A DNA stretch of 63,758 nucleotides, filler included, from Bigelowiella natans CCMP2755 (GCA_000320545.1; 6 parts of 6 records of this genome joined end to end with filler, not necessarily neighbours in it); one strand, 5' to 3'. Positions 42,164 through 55,014 are shown, numbered from the whole stretch's first letter. Notes: generated from the letters alone by a model not told the origin. Numbers and translations are program-made.

Positions 42164-42869
42164 AGCAGGCTGGGAAAAAAATTATAAAATATGTTACAAT
42201 GTCTACAGTAGTTCGAAAGATTTTGCCGATGAGCAGAGTGAGCTCGGTTCGATTCACCATGACAAGATGACGCACCACGTGATGATTGTGTGGTGAGCAA
42301 GTAAGGGGAACATGTCACGCGGCACAAATGAAGTGCATGTGGCAGATGCGCTTGCATCATGGCTTGACTTCTGTGTCTCAACACATGCATTTCTAGATTT
42401 GCATTGTTTCACAATTCGCATTTGCATCAACTCTAGAGCTAGCAGCAGGTCTTCAGATTGGACATGGGCTAGCAGGGTGCACCTGTCATTCAATTGTGCT
42501 AGCCATGGTGTGGATGCATGCATGTGAAAGATGTTGCAATTAGGCAATTGCGCGCAGCTAGACAGGACAGCCACACCCATTTGCTAGTTTGGTGCAACAC
42601 AACAGTTGACACAAACTAGCACAGTGTTTTGTTCGATCTGTGAACCATGGCTTTCACTAGCTGGCGCAGCATCGCACAGCACTGGAGCAGCTTGCCACAG
42701 AAAGATCCATTTCAAATCTGTTGCACGGTCCAATTGTGCACGCGCATTGAATGAGCGAATGAATCATGAAAGAAACATTCTAGCGTTTCCAACGGTCCAT
42801 TCTGGCATTGTGAGCCAAAGAAGAACAATCAGAAGCACACATTGCTAGATTGTCATGTCATGTGTGTGC

Positions 42870-43701
42870 CTAGAAGATGTGGCAAGAACTGGAGAACACG
42901 AAGCAGTTTCTTGATGACAAGCTGCATGGAAGGTCACACCAACATTCAAGTCTGTGAGTAGATCTAGAGAATTTCAGCCCTCATCCACAGCTCCAGAGCG
43001 GTTGGTGTCACTTGTGTGACTCAAAGAAAATTGATCTCCTTGGAAAACTCGCTTCTCTCTTGTGAGGCCACTTGGATCCAGAGGTCTTCAGGTGCTGGTT
43101 TTGAACGAAAGTCCGGTCGTCTACCCTCTCTCAATCATCCTTCGGAGAAAAATCAGGTGGGCACAGGAATCAATCTGCACACAGCAAACATCGTCCAGCT
43201 CGTGTTGTCAAAAAAACAAACACACTCGGAAACACGCAAAATTGTCCCCATTCCTCCATCGAGAGAAAAGGAGAAGAAGAAGAAGAAGAGGGAGAAGAAG
43301 AAGAAGAGGGAGAAGGAGGAGGAGGAGGAGGAGGAGGAGGAGGAGGAGGAGGAGGAGGAGACGGGAGAGCCACAACACGTGTGTCCTGAGTGAACGAACG
43401 AGTGGGCAGCATTGTGAAGCGGTTCCTGAGAACGACAAGAACCAGATCAGCATGCAGCTGAGAGGATCATGAGTCACGCCAACTCATCCGTGACTTCTCC
43501 CATGAACAAGACCTCCATGAAAAGTTAAGGGTTCGTTTCACATCCGCCGGCCACAGCACATGGAAGATGGACGGATGTGACCTGGCAGGCGCAAGAGAGC
43601 GCGAGGACAATCAGAACAGCGGCGCGCGCTTCCGATGCTCCAAAAAAATGCCCACAAAACCACGAGGTTCGTCTCCTGAAACACTCGTCATTCCATGGCA
43701 T
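42870..43701 (-). pseudogene. Probable decayed gene remnant within the TpA-depleted patch
   Basis: First-exon-like ORF MPWNDECFRRRTSWFCGHFFGASEARAAVLIVLALSCACQ|gt, then short coding-like segments broken by stops; no family recognised. Confidence 0.3.
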
Positions 43702-44048
43702 TTCAGAATAGCGACAAAGATTTTTAGCGAAAATTCAAAATTTGCCGCCGTTCTGTGTCACATGGTCACATGCACAGCTTCCTTCGCCGGATCGCTAGCT
43801 TTTCCCATCAATAAGCTTAGGGCATTTTCCCCGTACGACAACCTTCTGAAGGGCACACATCGCTAAAATCGTCGAGCAGTTTTCGCTTTTCGGACGGAGC
43901 TGTTCCAAGCTGTTCATGTTCCGGCTCATATTTCAGTTCCCCCCAATGATTCTCACCGTCGCCGACTGTTAGGGGAGGTCTGCCCAGGGAAGCAGTTTTG
44001 GAAAACTCAGCGTGTTTCTAGTTTTTACGGGCACGTGGTCACTCTAGC

Positions 44049-46190
44049 ATGGGCTGCGGGACTTCAAAACCAAGCGTGCGCGCTCCTGGGAATGAAAATG
44101 GAAAGCGGACATGCATGCAAGACGTACGTTTTACTGTGATCGCTTGCTCTGATCGTTTTTGCTTCGTGATATTCGTGGTAATTTCCCCTCTAATCGTTTC
44201 AGAAGAAAAAAAAGGCCATGGGAAATGTAATGATTGCTCCTGAAGAGCTTAATGGAAAGGTTCGTCATTTGTATATGTCCTACGCCATGCTAAAGTGACA
44301 CTCTACGCCGCCGCCGCCGCCGCCGCCGCCTCCTCCTCCTTCTCCTCCTCCAATACAGATTATTGCAGAGTATATCTGGCTAGGAGGATCTCTCTGGGAT
44401 CTTCGGTAAACGTATATTCACTATCATCAATATTTTGTCAAAATGAAGATATCATCATTTCGGGGGGGTACAGATCCAAATCTCGCACGCTGGATTTCAA
44501 GGTAAAGCCAGGAACCGAAGATGTTAAAAAGCTCCCAGAATGGAACTACGATGGATCCAGCACCGGCCAAGCCCCAGGAAATAATTCTGAGGTGGTGATT
44601 TTCGAGCCATGCAAATATTTCTGAGTAACACGCCAAAGAATAATCGATTAGTTTTGCAGTTAGCGCTAGCAGCTGAAACCAGACGCAGATGTAACATATC
44701 ATTCATACTCATTTTGAATAGGTAATGATTCGACCTCGTCGTATCTATAGAGACCCTTTCAGGAAAGGAGATAATGTCATTGTCCTTTGTGATGCATATG
44801 ACTCTCTGGGAATCCCACTGCCTACAAACCACAGAGCAGCCTGTATGGAAGCGATGGAAAAATTCAAAGTATATCTCTTCATTGCCAATTTAATCATTAA
44901 TCCCCATGCACATGAAAGCAATTAATCATTTATGTGACGATGCTACTACAACTACTACTACTACTACTACTAGACTCATGAGCCCTGGTTCGGTCTTGAG
45001 CAAGAATACACCATGTTCCACGATAAACCTTACCAGACGAAACCTCTGGGTTTCCCAAAGACTGGATTTGCTCAATCTCAGGGACAATATTACTGCGGGG
45101 TACTTCTCGATATATTTCTATTAGTGTGGTGATACAAGCTGTACATACGACGTAACCAATATCTAATCAGAGTGATAAACTAGGTCGGTACTGGAAATGC
45201 TAAAGGCCGGGAGCTTGCAGAGGCGCATCTTCGTTGCTGCTTGTACGCTGGGGTCAAGATCTCAGGCATAAATGCCGAGGTTATGCCGTCACAATGGGAG
45301 TTCCAGGTCTCTCTATTCTCCTCACTCTATCTGTCTTCTACTATTTGTCTTTACCCGCTTTGCTCTCTTTAGATGCAAAGGTGTGAAGAGAGGAATATGA
45401 TTCTTCTTCCTTCCATTTATCATCATCCCCCTTGTACAGATAGGCCCGTGCGAAGGTATCCGGATGGGAGATGATTTGTGGTTTGCAAGGTTTGAAAAGA
45501 CTCCCCCTGCTTACATCCTTTGCCACGGAGATCGGACAACCTTGCATGATGATGCATATGTTCGTTGTTTTACGTATTAGATACTTGTTGTATCGATGCT
45601 CCGAGTTCTACAACATCAATATCAGCTTCGCTCCGAAGCCAATGAAAGGAGATTGGAACGGTGCTGGGTGTCATGCGAACTTCTCAACGAAGGGAACGCG
45701 ATCGAAGGACAGCGGAGCGGAAGTCAGTAGCAAAACAATCAATCTCCAATCCTCATCCTAACCTCTGAACTTTCATATCCGATTGACATAAAAATACGAA
45801 TTTCTTTTCAATTATTCAGACAATAAAGAAGATGCTTATCAAATTGGAGATGACGCACAAAAAGCACATCTCAGCCTATGGAGAGGGAAATGAAGAGAGG
45901 TAACACTAAGTATCCTTCGCAGCTGATACGTGTTGCATCAAGCAAGCACATACCCAACACTAATATCCATGATTAGGCTGACTGGGAAACATGAAACTGC
46001 GTCAATGGAGCAGTTTAGCTTTGGAATCGCAGATCGCGGCTCAAGCATTCGGATTCCCACTGAAACTCACAAGAAAGGGTGCGGCTACTTTGAAGATCGT
46101 AGACCAGCAGCCAATTGCTGCCCATACATTGTGACTCGGCTCCTTGTAGAGACATGCTGTGCGGACGCAGACAGCGTTTCTGCAAAATGA
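44049..46190 (+). CDS. GLN1: Glutamine synthetase type II, copy 2 (leader MGCGTSK.., short C-tail)
   Basis: [25 protein letters not shown]|[19 protein letters not shown]|[10 protein letters not shown].. then the same GSII motifs as copy 1; ends [14 protein letters not shown]. Confidence 0.93.
44118..46161. repeat. Right arm of ~2 kb inverted repeat
   Basis: Near-identical reverse complement of 35131-37146. Confidence 0.95.
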
Positions 46191-46485
46191 CACATTTGAG
46201 CTCATCAACAGACCATGTGCAAAGTGTGTATGGAATGAACATGCCTTTCGCCATGATCACCGCGCTGGGTGACGAATTGGGAGCGCCATCGAGCATGATG
46301 AACGTGCACATTTTGCACATGGAAGAATAACATCTTTACGTACATGCCAGCGTGATTGCCACTCATGGCCGCACGCCTGCATGCAGCATGCACAGCAATA
46401 TGTCGATCGTCGATCGAGTCACATCACGCTGCACTTCTCGTCCGCTCCACTACTGCGCGTCAGTTGGATCGTGCCCTTTCGAAAT

Positions 46486-46724
46486 TTATTTTCTGACGCG
46501 TCTAATCTCTCCCTCGAGTCTGCTACGTACAGCATGAGCCATCCCCCCATCGTTCGGAACGCCTCGTGGGGATACATCAGGCCGCAGCTTTCGGAGGCCT
46601 GGACCAACGTCTTTGCCACTGCGCCCAGCACAATCCAGGGAAAATCCGAGCTTCCCATCTGATAGTGTTAGCAGAGCACGAGAATCGAAGTCGTTAGAAT
46701 TGCTAGTTCTCCGAAGATTCGACA

Positions 46725-46768
<44 letters not shown>

Positions 46769-47647
46769 CGCACACACACACGCACACGCACACGCACACA
46801 CATATACACATACATTGCTCCAGTTTCAATCCCCCCCCCCCCCCTCCCTTCCAACTCACCGGTCCTAAGCTGTGTCGGAGGTCTTGAATGCATTCCTCCA
46901 GGTCCTCCTCAAGGCGCCTGAATCTATGCGTATCTTCGCAATAATCGTTGAACTTGTGTACCATCTCATAGGTGCCCCTGACCATGTCCTCGAGGTGCAG
47001 GAGCGCGTTTTCCTTGGAACGACGAAAATGCGAGAGGGCGAGCAGCCACGAATCGCGGGAGGCACCATCGGCAGCTAGCAAGGTGTAGCTCTCAACCTTT
47101 CTCAGGGCGTTGGGCAAGGACGACGGGGGAAAAGGCAGAGAGGAAGAAATCGATATCATGTACGTGTTCGATAACAGGAAACAACTGCCCAAACGTCCAC
47201 GGTGACATAACCCATTTGAAGTATGCAAAAATGAGATGTCTGCTACGCAATCAAGCTGCCCCCCTCTTCGCTGAGTTTCACCTCTCTTGATCTTCTCCCC
47301 CCCCCTCCTCCCCCTCCCCCCCCTCCCGCCTTTGACTATTTCCTCACATCCAAAGAAACTGTTCGCAGCACCTTATTTGTCAGCGGCGATTTGCCACGAA
47401 TTGAGAAACCCCTCCTCGCCTCATCTTCGTCTCCATCGCTGAGAGGGGTGGATCTTGCGTCTATGAGCTCGATGGCAAGGGCCACCTCGCTCTCCTCGTC
47501 ACGTGAGGAGGTAGGGGAAGAGGAGGAGGAGATGGAACTCCTGCTGCTACTGGTGGTGGTGGTGGTGGAAGACGAGGCAGCAGCTAGATATGATTGGAAT
47601 TGGGTAGAGATAGGGGGGGGGGGAGGGGTGGGAGCTTGTCACCAGTT

Positions 47648-47678
<31 letters not shown>

Positions 47679-49252
47679 AAGTGTGTGTTTGTGTGTTTAT
47701 GTGTTTATGTGTGTGCAATTGTCACACCTAGAGATGATTTCTGCTCTCCCTCGTCGTCGGCCCCACTGCGACTCATGATCAAGACAAAGCGTTCCTCCCA
47801 TCCTCCTCCGGCCGCACGCGCCTTCTCCTTTTCATCCCTTTCGGCCCTGCTGCAGATCCCATCCTTCCCGTCAACACTCCCAATTACATCCTCCTTTTGT
47901 TTCTCCATCGTCATCATACCCATCCTCGTTTTCCTACTACTCTGTTTCTTCTTCTTCCTTTTCTTCCTCTTCACATCGTCATTGTACGAGGCCATTTCGA
48001 TACGACACTGCATCGTCTGGAGCCCCTCTCCAAGATCGCTGCTGCTCCTCCGCCTCACTGCCCGGTGCTTCTCCTTCCTCTTTGTCCTCTTCGTCGAATC
48101 TCCCTTCCCTCTCCTCCTCCCCCTTTCGTCAAGAAGGGTAAGTTTGCCGTGCATGAGCCACTTCGCGTTGTGCAGGGGCTGAGAGTAAAGGGCGGCGATG
48201 ATCTCCGGATTTTCCCGCCAGAACACCTCGTAGAGAATGCTCTGGATCCTCCTCATCGGCACTTTGCTGAACACCTGTAACACCGCGGGGGAAGAGTATG
48301 GAGAAAGGCATCATGGACGACAAGTACACACATGGAAGAAGAAACAGATTTTCAAAGCATTGGGATTTCGCGGCGAGATGCGTACGATTAATACACAATG
48401 AAGGGAACCCCACCTCTTCGTTCGCTTCAATGACTTTCCTAATTATCTCCTCATAGTTGGCGAAGACCCCCCTCCCTATACGCAGCAAGATCTCATCCTC
48501 GAGACTTTCGAGGATGGGTAGCCGCTGCAAGCCCCCAATCCCTTCCGGCGCTGCCTTTGCCCTCGAGATCACAGCGGAGACAGTCTTGTACTCCTGGTCA
48601 TCCAGCAAATAATGTGGTGACGACGACAACAATGATGATGGCGATGATGATGTATCTGCTGCTATCTCGCCGTCCCTTCGAGTCTGGACGAAGTGGTCGC
48701 GTATCATCTGTTCTGCCCTTACGACGAAGTCATGGCGGATGTTGTTGAGGGTGCATAAGAAGCGGAACTCGGAGCCAAAACCCCCTTGCTCGAGTAACGC
48801 CTTTAGTGTCTGGGATGATGATTGCATCTTGCCGATGAATAGCCGGCAGAATGCAATATCCTTCTGCTGCTGCGGATTTTCGGGGAGGGCTGCTCGCTCT
48901 ACACGAGTGGACGAGGCGATTACTTTTGAATCCCCTTCCTTGTCTTTCGTTTCCGGGCTGATGGGAGAGGAGGCGGTAGTGACATTACCCCCGCTGTCGA
49001 TCCTGCCCAACTCTTTTCTGGTCGAACTTGGGGAGAGAAATCCTGCGAAGTAGAGGAGGGCGCTGGCGATCTGCCCGACATATTTTAAGAGAAGAAATTC
49101 GGTTGGTTTGAATGCGTAACGACACACACACACACACACACATACACACACACATACACATACACACATACAAACACGTTTTTAACACATCGAGAGGCAG
49201 ATTTAGAGGACCATACCATAACAAGGACGGTGGCCAATGCAACAAAGATCAT
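46486..49252 (-). CDS. Hypothetical protein: N-terminal TM, RGS-like helical region and insert-split PH domain; multi-exon
   Basis: MIFVALATVLVM|IASALLYFAGFL; LKALLEQGGFGSEFRFLC..AEQMIRDHFV..EILLRIGRGVFANY; LMHGKLTLL..WEERFVLI..YTLLAADGASRDSWLLALSH. Confidence 0.55.
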
Positions 49253-49586
49253 CCTCAATGGTGGACACAGGTGGGTTCCGAGGAAATTTTGTCATCATTT
49301 ATTTACCGCAAAAAAATGCAGGGATTTACCAAAACGCCCTACGATTCTTTTCTGTGACAATAAACTTTGGCAGAAATTACCGCCCGGTGTTCGCGCCATA
49401 AATACCAAAAGTGACGTGCGCCGTTCAGAGCACAGGGTGCACAAGTACGTCTACAAAATGCAAGGCGTTTACGGTGAAATGTCGATAAACACTGGGAATT
49501 CCCAAAAAAAAAGGACGCTCTGGCATGTTTTTCAGGCGTTTTTCCCTCTAATTTCGCCCAAATAGCGTCGGCTCGGTCCTCTTCGC

Positions 49587-51267
49587 ATGCCGAAGGTCTT
49601 TTGTCTCGGAAAGTTCGCAGCACCTTCCGAGACGGGGGCGGCTGGCACAGGCAAATTCTGGGCACATACCACGGGGCAAGGGCGTTGTCGTAGGATCGAA
49701 ACACCACAGCGATGCCACGTCCGGAGAGTCGTTTGTTTCTTCAGAGCACTCCTCTGCTCAAGACTCACCGCAGCACTTCTCGAAGTCGCCCCCACTCATG
49801 ATTTCTGTTCCACACTGGCCACGCTCGCTGGGCGCCACATATGACGCCAGGAAATTCCCGTCTTTGAAGAAGGGATATGTTAGGCGGCTAGTGAAGAGGC
49901 TTCGGAACGCCGAGGAGGCGGAGAAGGAAAGCGAAGCCAAGGAGGCCACAGCCGACTTTCCAACACGCGCGTTCAGGCGCACCATCTACGGTTATTATGT
50001 GGAAGGACGTGTCTGCGGGTTCTCACCAGCGAGCAGGGACAATAACCACAAATATTTCGTCCACATGAGATATCCGAGGGAGAGAAAGGCTACGATCGGG
50101 TGTCGGTATGTTGCTGGAGAAGCACACGACAGCGACGACGAAGAACAAGTTATGGAAATGGGCGTGACAATGCCCTGCCTCCCGATACACGGCGGAAAAT
50201 ATGGCGGCCTACAGCTAGGGGGGAACATGGGCGACAACAATGATAAGCACAGTAGGAATGATCAGGGAGGTGAGAAGGGGAAGGGGGGAGCGGAGAAGAG
50301 AGGCCAAAGCCTTGACGATGGAAAGATGGAACGGCGGAAACAATTACCTGCTATGAAAGCAAATGGGATCTCTCCAGCTAACGAAGAGGATGGCAAAGAC
50401 GATGTTAAGGAAGAGTGCTGCAGCAGCAGTAGCAGTAGCAGTGGAGTTACTAACAGCGCTTCGACGTCTCCGCACTCTCCTCCCAAGGAATATTACTTAC
50501 TAAATCCGAAGAGATCAAGCCTACGTGAAGGTGCAACAGTTCTGTGCGCATTCCGACGTATGCGCGCCTCCCCATTCGCACGCAGCGTAGAACAGAGATC
50601 ATTTGAACATTTCTGGATTCGAGGGGAGGTGACTGCCTTCAACGGGACATTCTTCCGAGTGCGGTATGACGATGACGTTTCATTCATTGACACGGAGGAG
50701 GGCGACGACCCGTTAGCGACCTCCCCGGTTGAGTACATGGTATCTGCGTGCTTGGAGAACGTAACCCCGAGAAAGTACTCGAGCAGCACCCTGCCCTTCG
50801 TCCCTGCTGATGTTGACCTGTCGGAGGAACACCCCACGCTGCCAGGCGCCCTCCCCGTTGTAGTGGTTGTCGATGGGGGTGGCGGGGGGGACAAGAACAA
50901 AGGCAATGCTGGGTTAACGCCGAAGGAGCGTTGGCCGCGCAACTGGCTCGATGCGAAGTTTCACTTCGGAGAGGCTGTTTGGGCGCGCTGGAACGGAAAC
51001 TTATTCTACAGAGGTACAGTGCATGCGATGAATGCCAACGGAACTTATCACATCATGTTTGACGATGGAGACGAGCAAGCGGAGACGCCGCCATGTTGGA
51101 TGTTGCGCAACAGACCACCGCCACACCGCACGGAGCTAGGGCTAGACGCACTAGATGCGCGACAACGAGCCCAGGCTGAAAGAGAAGACGACAATGTCCA
51201 TGGCAGAGATCCTCCGGTTTACACAGACGTAAACCCCATAGCTGATGCTGAAGACGAGCAGCAATGA
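49587..51267 (+). CDS. Tudor/Agenet-like domain protein
   Basis: 489-aa ORF 49798-51267 with FHFGEAVWARWNGNLFYRGTVHAMNANGTYHIMFDDGD and an earlier degenerate copy (WIRGEVTAFNGTFFRVRYDDD); start uncertain. Confidence 0.65.
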
Positions 51268-52171
51268 TCGAACACAAGGCGCGCTGAAGGCTGGCGAAGG
51301 AGAAGAATTTCCCCCTCTCAGATCGCGATAGATGAATGGTGGCCACGTCGAAGAAACGTGAACCGCGTGGAGATGGGTTGGACGCCTGCGATGTTCTCAG
51401 AACTTGGAGCAGGGCAGTGCGTCAGATGAGCGACATGCCTTTTCCCGGGTCTAACCAACAGAGTGACATCAAAACGGATGAAGGAACTTGTTCCTGCGTC
51501 GTGCACGTCCAATCAACATGCAGTCTAGCAGTGTGTGGGCATAGAAACTTTGTCTTTGTGTTGGTTGATAGGCTTCATTATTCGTGGATCGTTTTCACTT
51601 AGCAGCGCGTGTTTAGCAGATGCGCAAGACGCGCATGTTGCATCGCAACAACGTGCGCCAACCGATGTTCAAATCCGCGGCCATTGTGCATGTTAAGCGT
51701 GCACGCACGCATTTCTAGATTCATTCATCCACATGCGCTGGCTCCGATCCAATGACGAATAAATAAGGGTGTGAGATTGTCAATGTCATCTGTCACATGA
51801 AACGCGTGATTTGTGATGATGTGCGCGTCAAACCATTGCATGCATCGCAATGAGTACACAAATGTATTGCTAGCGCTAGAGCGGTCACATATTCTACTTG
51901 AAGATCGTCGCTTTGGCGTTTGCAACAACGACGGAATAGTATCTCTTTCGTATCGGTATACATGTCTACATGTACGTGTAATCAACTCGTTTGAATGTCA
52001 GAATGCGGTTCAATGCATGATCGTTAGCCGCCGCCACCCGCCGCTACCAACCCTAGTTTTTCGGCGACTTCTACGCCGATTAGGGTCGAAGCTACTCCTA
52101 TCATGACGGTCAGGCTGACCTGCAGGTCAATGTAATATATAAATAACAAATTTATATCAAATGTATATTTG

Positions 52172-52214
<43 letters not shown>

Positions 52215-52254
52215 TTGTGTGTGCGTGTATCTTTTCGTAGACTGTGCTAGCCGT

Positions 52255-52354
52255 NNNNNNNNNNNNNNNNNNNNNNNNNNNNNNNNNNNNNNNNNNNNTT
52301 AATTAATTAANNNNNNNNNNNNNNNNNNNNNNNNNNNNNNNNNNNNNNNNNNNN
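52255..52354. other. Artificial contig linker
   Basis: N44-TTAATTAATTAA-N44. Confidence 0.97.
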
Positions 52355-54625
52355 AGCAGGATTCCTGCTTCACCGAAGGGGAGGGGGGGGAAGGTTTATT
52401 GCCTGCAGCAGCAACTGCAACAGGGTGAAACTCTGGATCATACGTTCATTCATTCGTCATCGGGTGTAGCGCAGACCAACACAAGTTTATGTACTTTATT
52501 TCCCAATATGCACACATATACACATTTATACATAGATACATATACATATATCTCCACCCCTGGATAGATGCACGAGAGCCTTACTTTTCCTCCTCCTCCT
52601 CCCCCCCCCCTTTCTTTCGCCGGCCCAAAGACTCATGCAGCGATCTGGAAGAAGTTTCGCAAGCTATCGATGAGCTGCTCGATATATTCGGCATGTATCA
52701 CGTCCTACCAAGCCATGCCAGCAGTTCTCTTTGCCGTTCCAACCACCTTCCGTAATGAGGAAGAGGGAGAAGGAAGAAAAGAAGAAGATAATAATAATAA
52801 TAATAATAATGATCAAGGAGGAGAAGATTAGAGCAGGGCAAATCACATATTTGGATAGAACAAAGAAATATATCAACCACCCCGAACAATACAGAGAGAG
52901 AGAGAGAGAGAAGAAAGAGAGAGAGAAGAAAGAGAGAGAGAGATTTCGCATGCGGCGATGTGTGGCATATATCCGCTCATCATGTATATGAAACGTGGTG
53001 TTTAGGGTACGAAATCCTGAATGTTTGCTTTCGCGAGGGCAACGTGCGGATGGAAAAAAAGGTTATTTCCCAGCCAAATCTCGCTTGGAATGTCACACCG
53101 CGTCTTCCATTCCCATCAGTACCATCACCACATCATCCTTACTAGCCTCCTCCGCCCCGCTTCTCCACATTTTGTGTTTCTCTGAAAAAGGGTTATGTGA
53201 GTACAAAGGCCCAAGTCGCCCCATTTATTGTCACAGCTGCGCAGAAGCTACTGAGGAGCAGCGACGACGACGTCGATGCAAGTAAATGCAAATTGTAGTA
53301 GTAGTAGGAGGAGGAGGAGGAGGAGGAGGAGGAGGATGAGTAGCAGCAGTAGTGTGGCTGGCGGTGTTCCTTGATTGTCGCAGTATACGATGATGACCAG
53401 TAGCATGAATCGGCCCATTAACCAATCCTCCATCTATCTGACTGGGTGTCTATTTCGAGGAGCAGCACTAATGTGCATGTATCTCCCCCTCCCAATTTGT
53501 GAGTTTACGATGATGTTTCTGCCAGGAGGAAGAAGCGCCGGCGGCGGTGGCAGCAGCAGCAGCAGCAGCAATCAGAACAACTCAAACTTGAAGGAGGAGG
53601 AGAAGGGGCTAAAAAATGCGAAGCAGGAGCGAGCAGACGTGCACGAAGGCGAGCATAGAGACGACACGATCGAAGTGATAAGTCTGGAGGATCTACTTGC
53701 GGAGACTGACGATGGAGCAGGGGGTGGTAGTAGTAGTACTGGGACCGGGACTAGAAATCAAGAGGCCGGCGAGAAGGCCACCAATGGCGACGACCTTCCT
53801 CCAGGCGCCATCAACGCCAGCACCGCTGCAACGACGAATCTGAAAGCTAAGAACGATGATGACACAGATGAAGGTCCCGCCGCCAACAGCGTGCTGCCTG
53901 ACGATGATAAAACGGCATCTGACGTGAAGCGACGGCTGGTAGAGATGAACGACACTCTCAGACAGCAGATCATACCGAAGGCGCCCTCCTCCTCCTCCCC
54001 GTCATCATTATCATCATCATCATCATCATTGAACCCTTTTGGCGACTCCCTGAGGAAGGCCAAGAGGCAGCATGAGAAGCAGCAACAGCAGCATAGTAGT
54101 AGTAGTAGTAGTAGTGGTGGTAGTGGTGGTGGTGGTGCTGCTGCGACAACCAACCCTTTTGCAGCTGCGATGACAACAAAAGCTGCTACCAGTAGAGCAG
54201 CTACGAATAGTGGTAGCAGTAGCAGTAACGGTGGTAGTAGCGGTAGGAGAAACCATAGTAACAATGGGAGCGTCGCCTCTACCTCCACCTCCACCTCCAA
54301 TCCATTCGGTCCGGTATCTAGACGAGGAAAAGCAGCAGGAGGAGGAGGAGGGCGGTCGCAGAAGCAGCAGCAAGCTAGGAAAAAGCCCACGCGTTTGTTC
54401 GGTGACGCAAAGCGTCGCAAGCCTACGGTGCGGAGGCGGAGGCCAAGGAAGACAAACTTCTCTCCTGCGAGCTTCTTCATGAAGCCTGAGAAGAAAAAGT
54501 CGAAAAACCCGTTTGCAAGAGAGCTCCAGGTCGCCGCGTCCAATCCCTTCAGGTTCTCCGAGCAAGGGGAGAGGAAGGGGGGGGGGGGGGTGTATAAAAT
54601 GATGAATGACTCCACGATATGTACG

Positions 54626-54661
<36 letters not shown>

Positions 54662-55014
54662 ATATTGCTACGAGTATTGATATCCGTGCGTTGTTCGTAT
54701 CCTCCAGAAATAGTGGTGGTGGAGGTGCAACACTATTCTTCTCCTCCTCCTCCTCCTCGACTCCTCCGCCGTCGATCACCGTCAGCCCACACAATCCGTT
54801 CTCCTCAGCGCTCCTCTGTGACGAAACCAAGCACGAAGCAAAGCAACGGCGGCATCCTTCGCAGCGTCGTTTATTTGCAGAGACCAACCCTTTTGCAGCT
54901 TCGGGGTCTCCTCCTGCTGCTGCTGCTGCAACTGCTTCTGTGGCCGCGAGGGAGGATGTGAAAAATGGAGCTGGTGATCGAGAAGCCGGCAGCAGTGGGA
55001 GTTTTAAAATATAG
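52355..55014 (+). CDS. Disordered NPF-repeat protein (EH-domain ligand-like); 5' part uncertain or in the gap
   Basis: Seven NPF motifs between about 54030 and 54895 in low-complexity exons. Confidence 0.55.
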
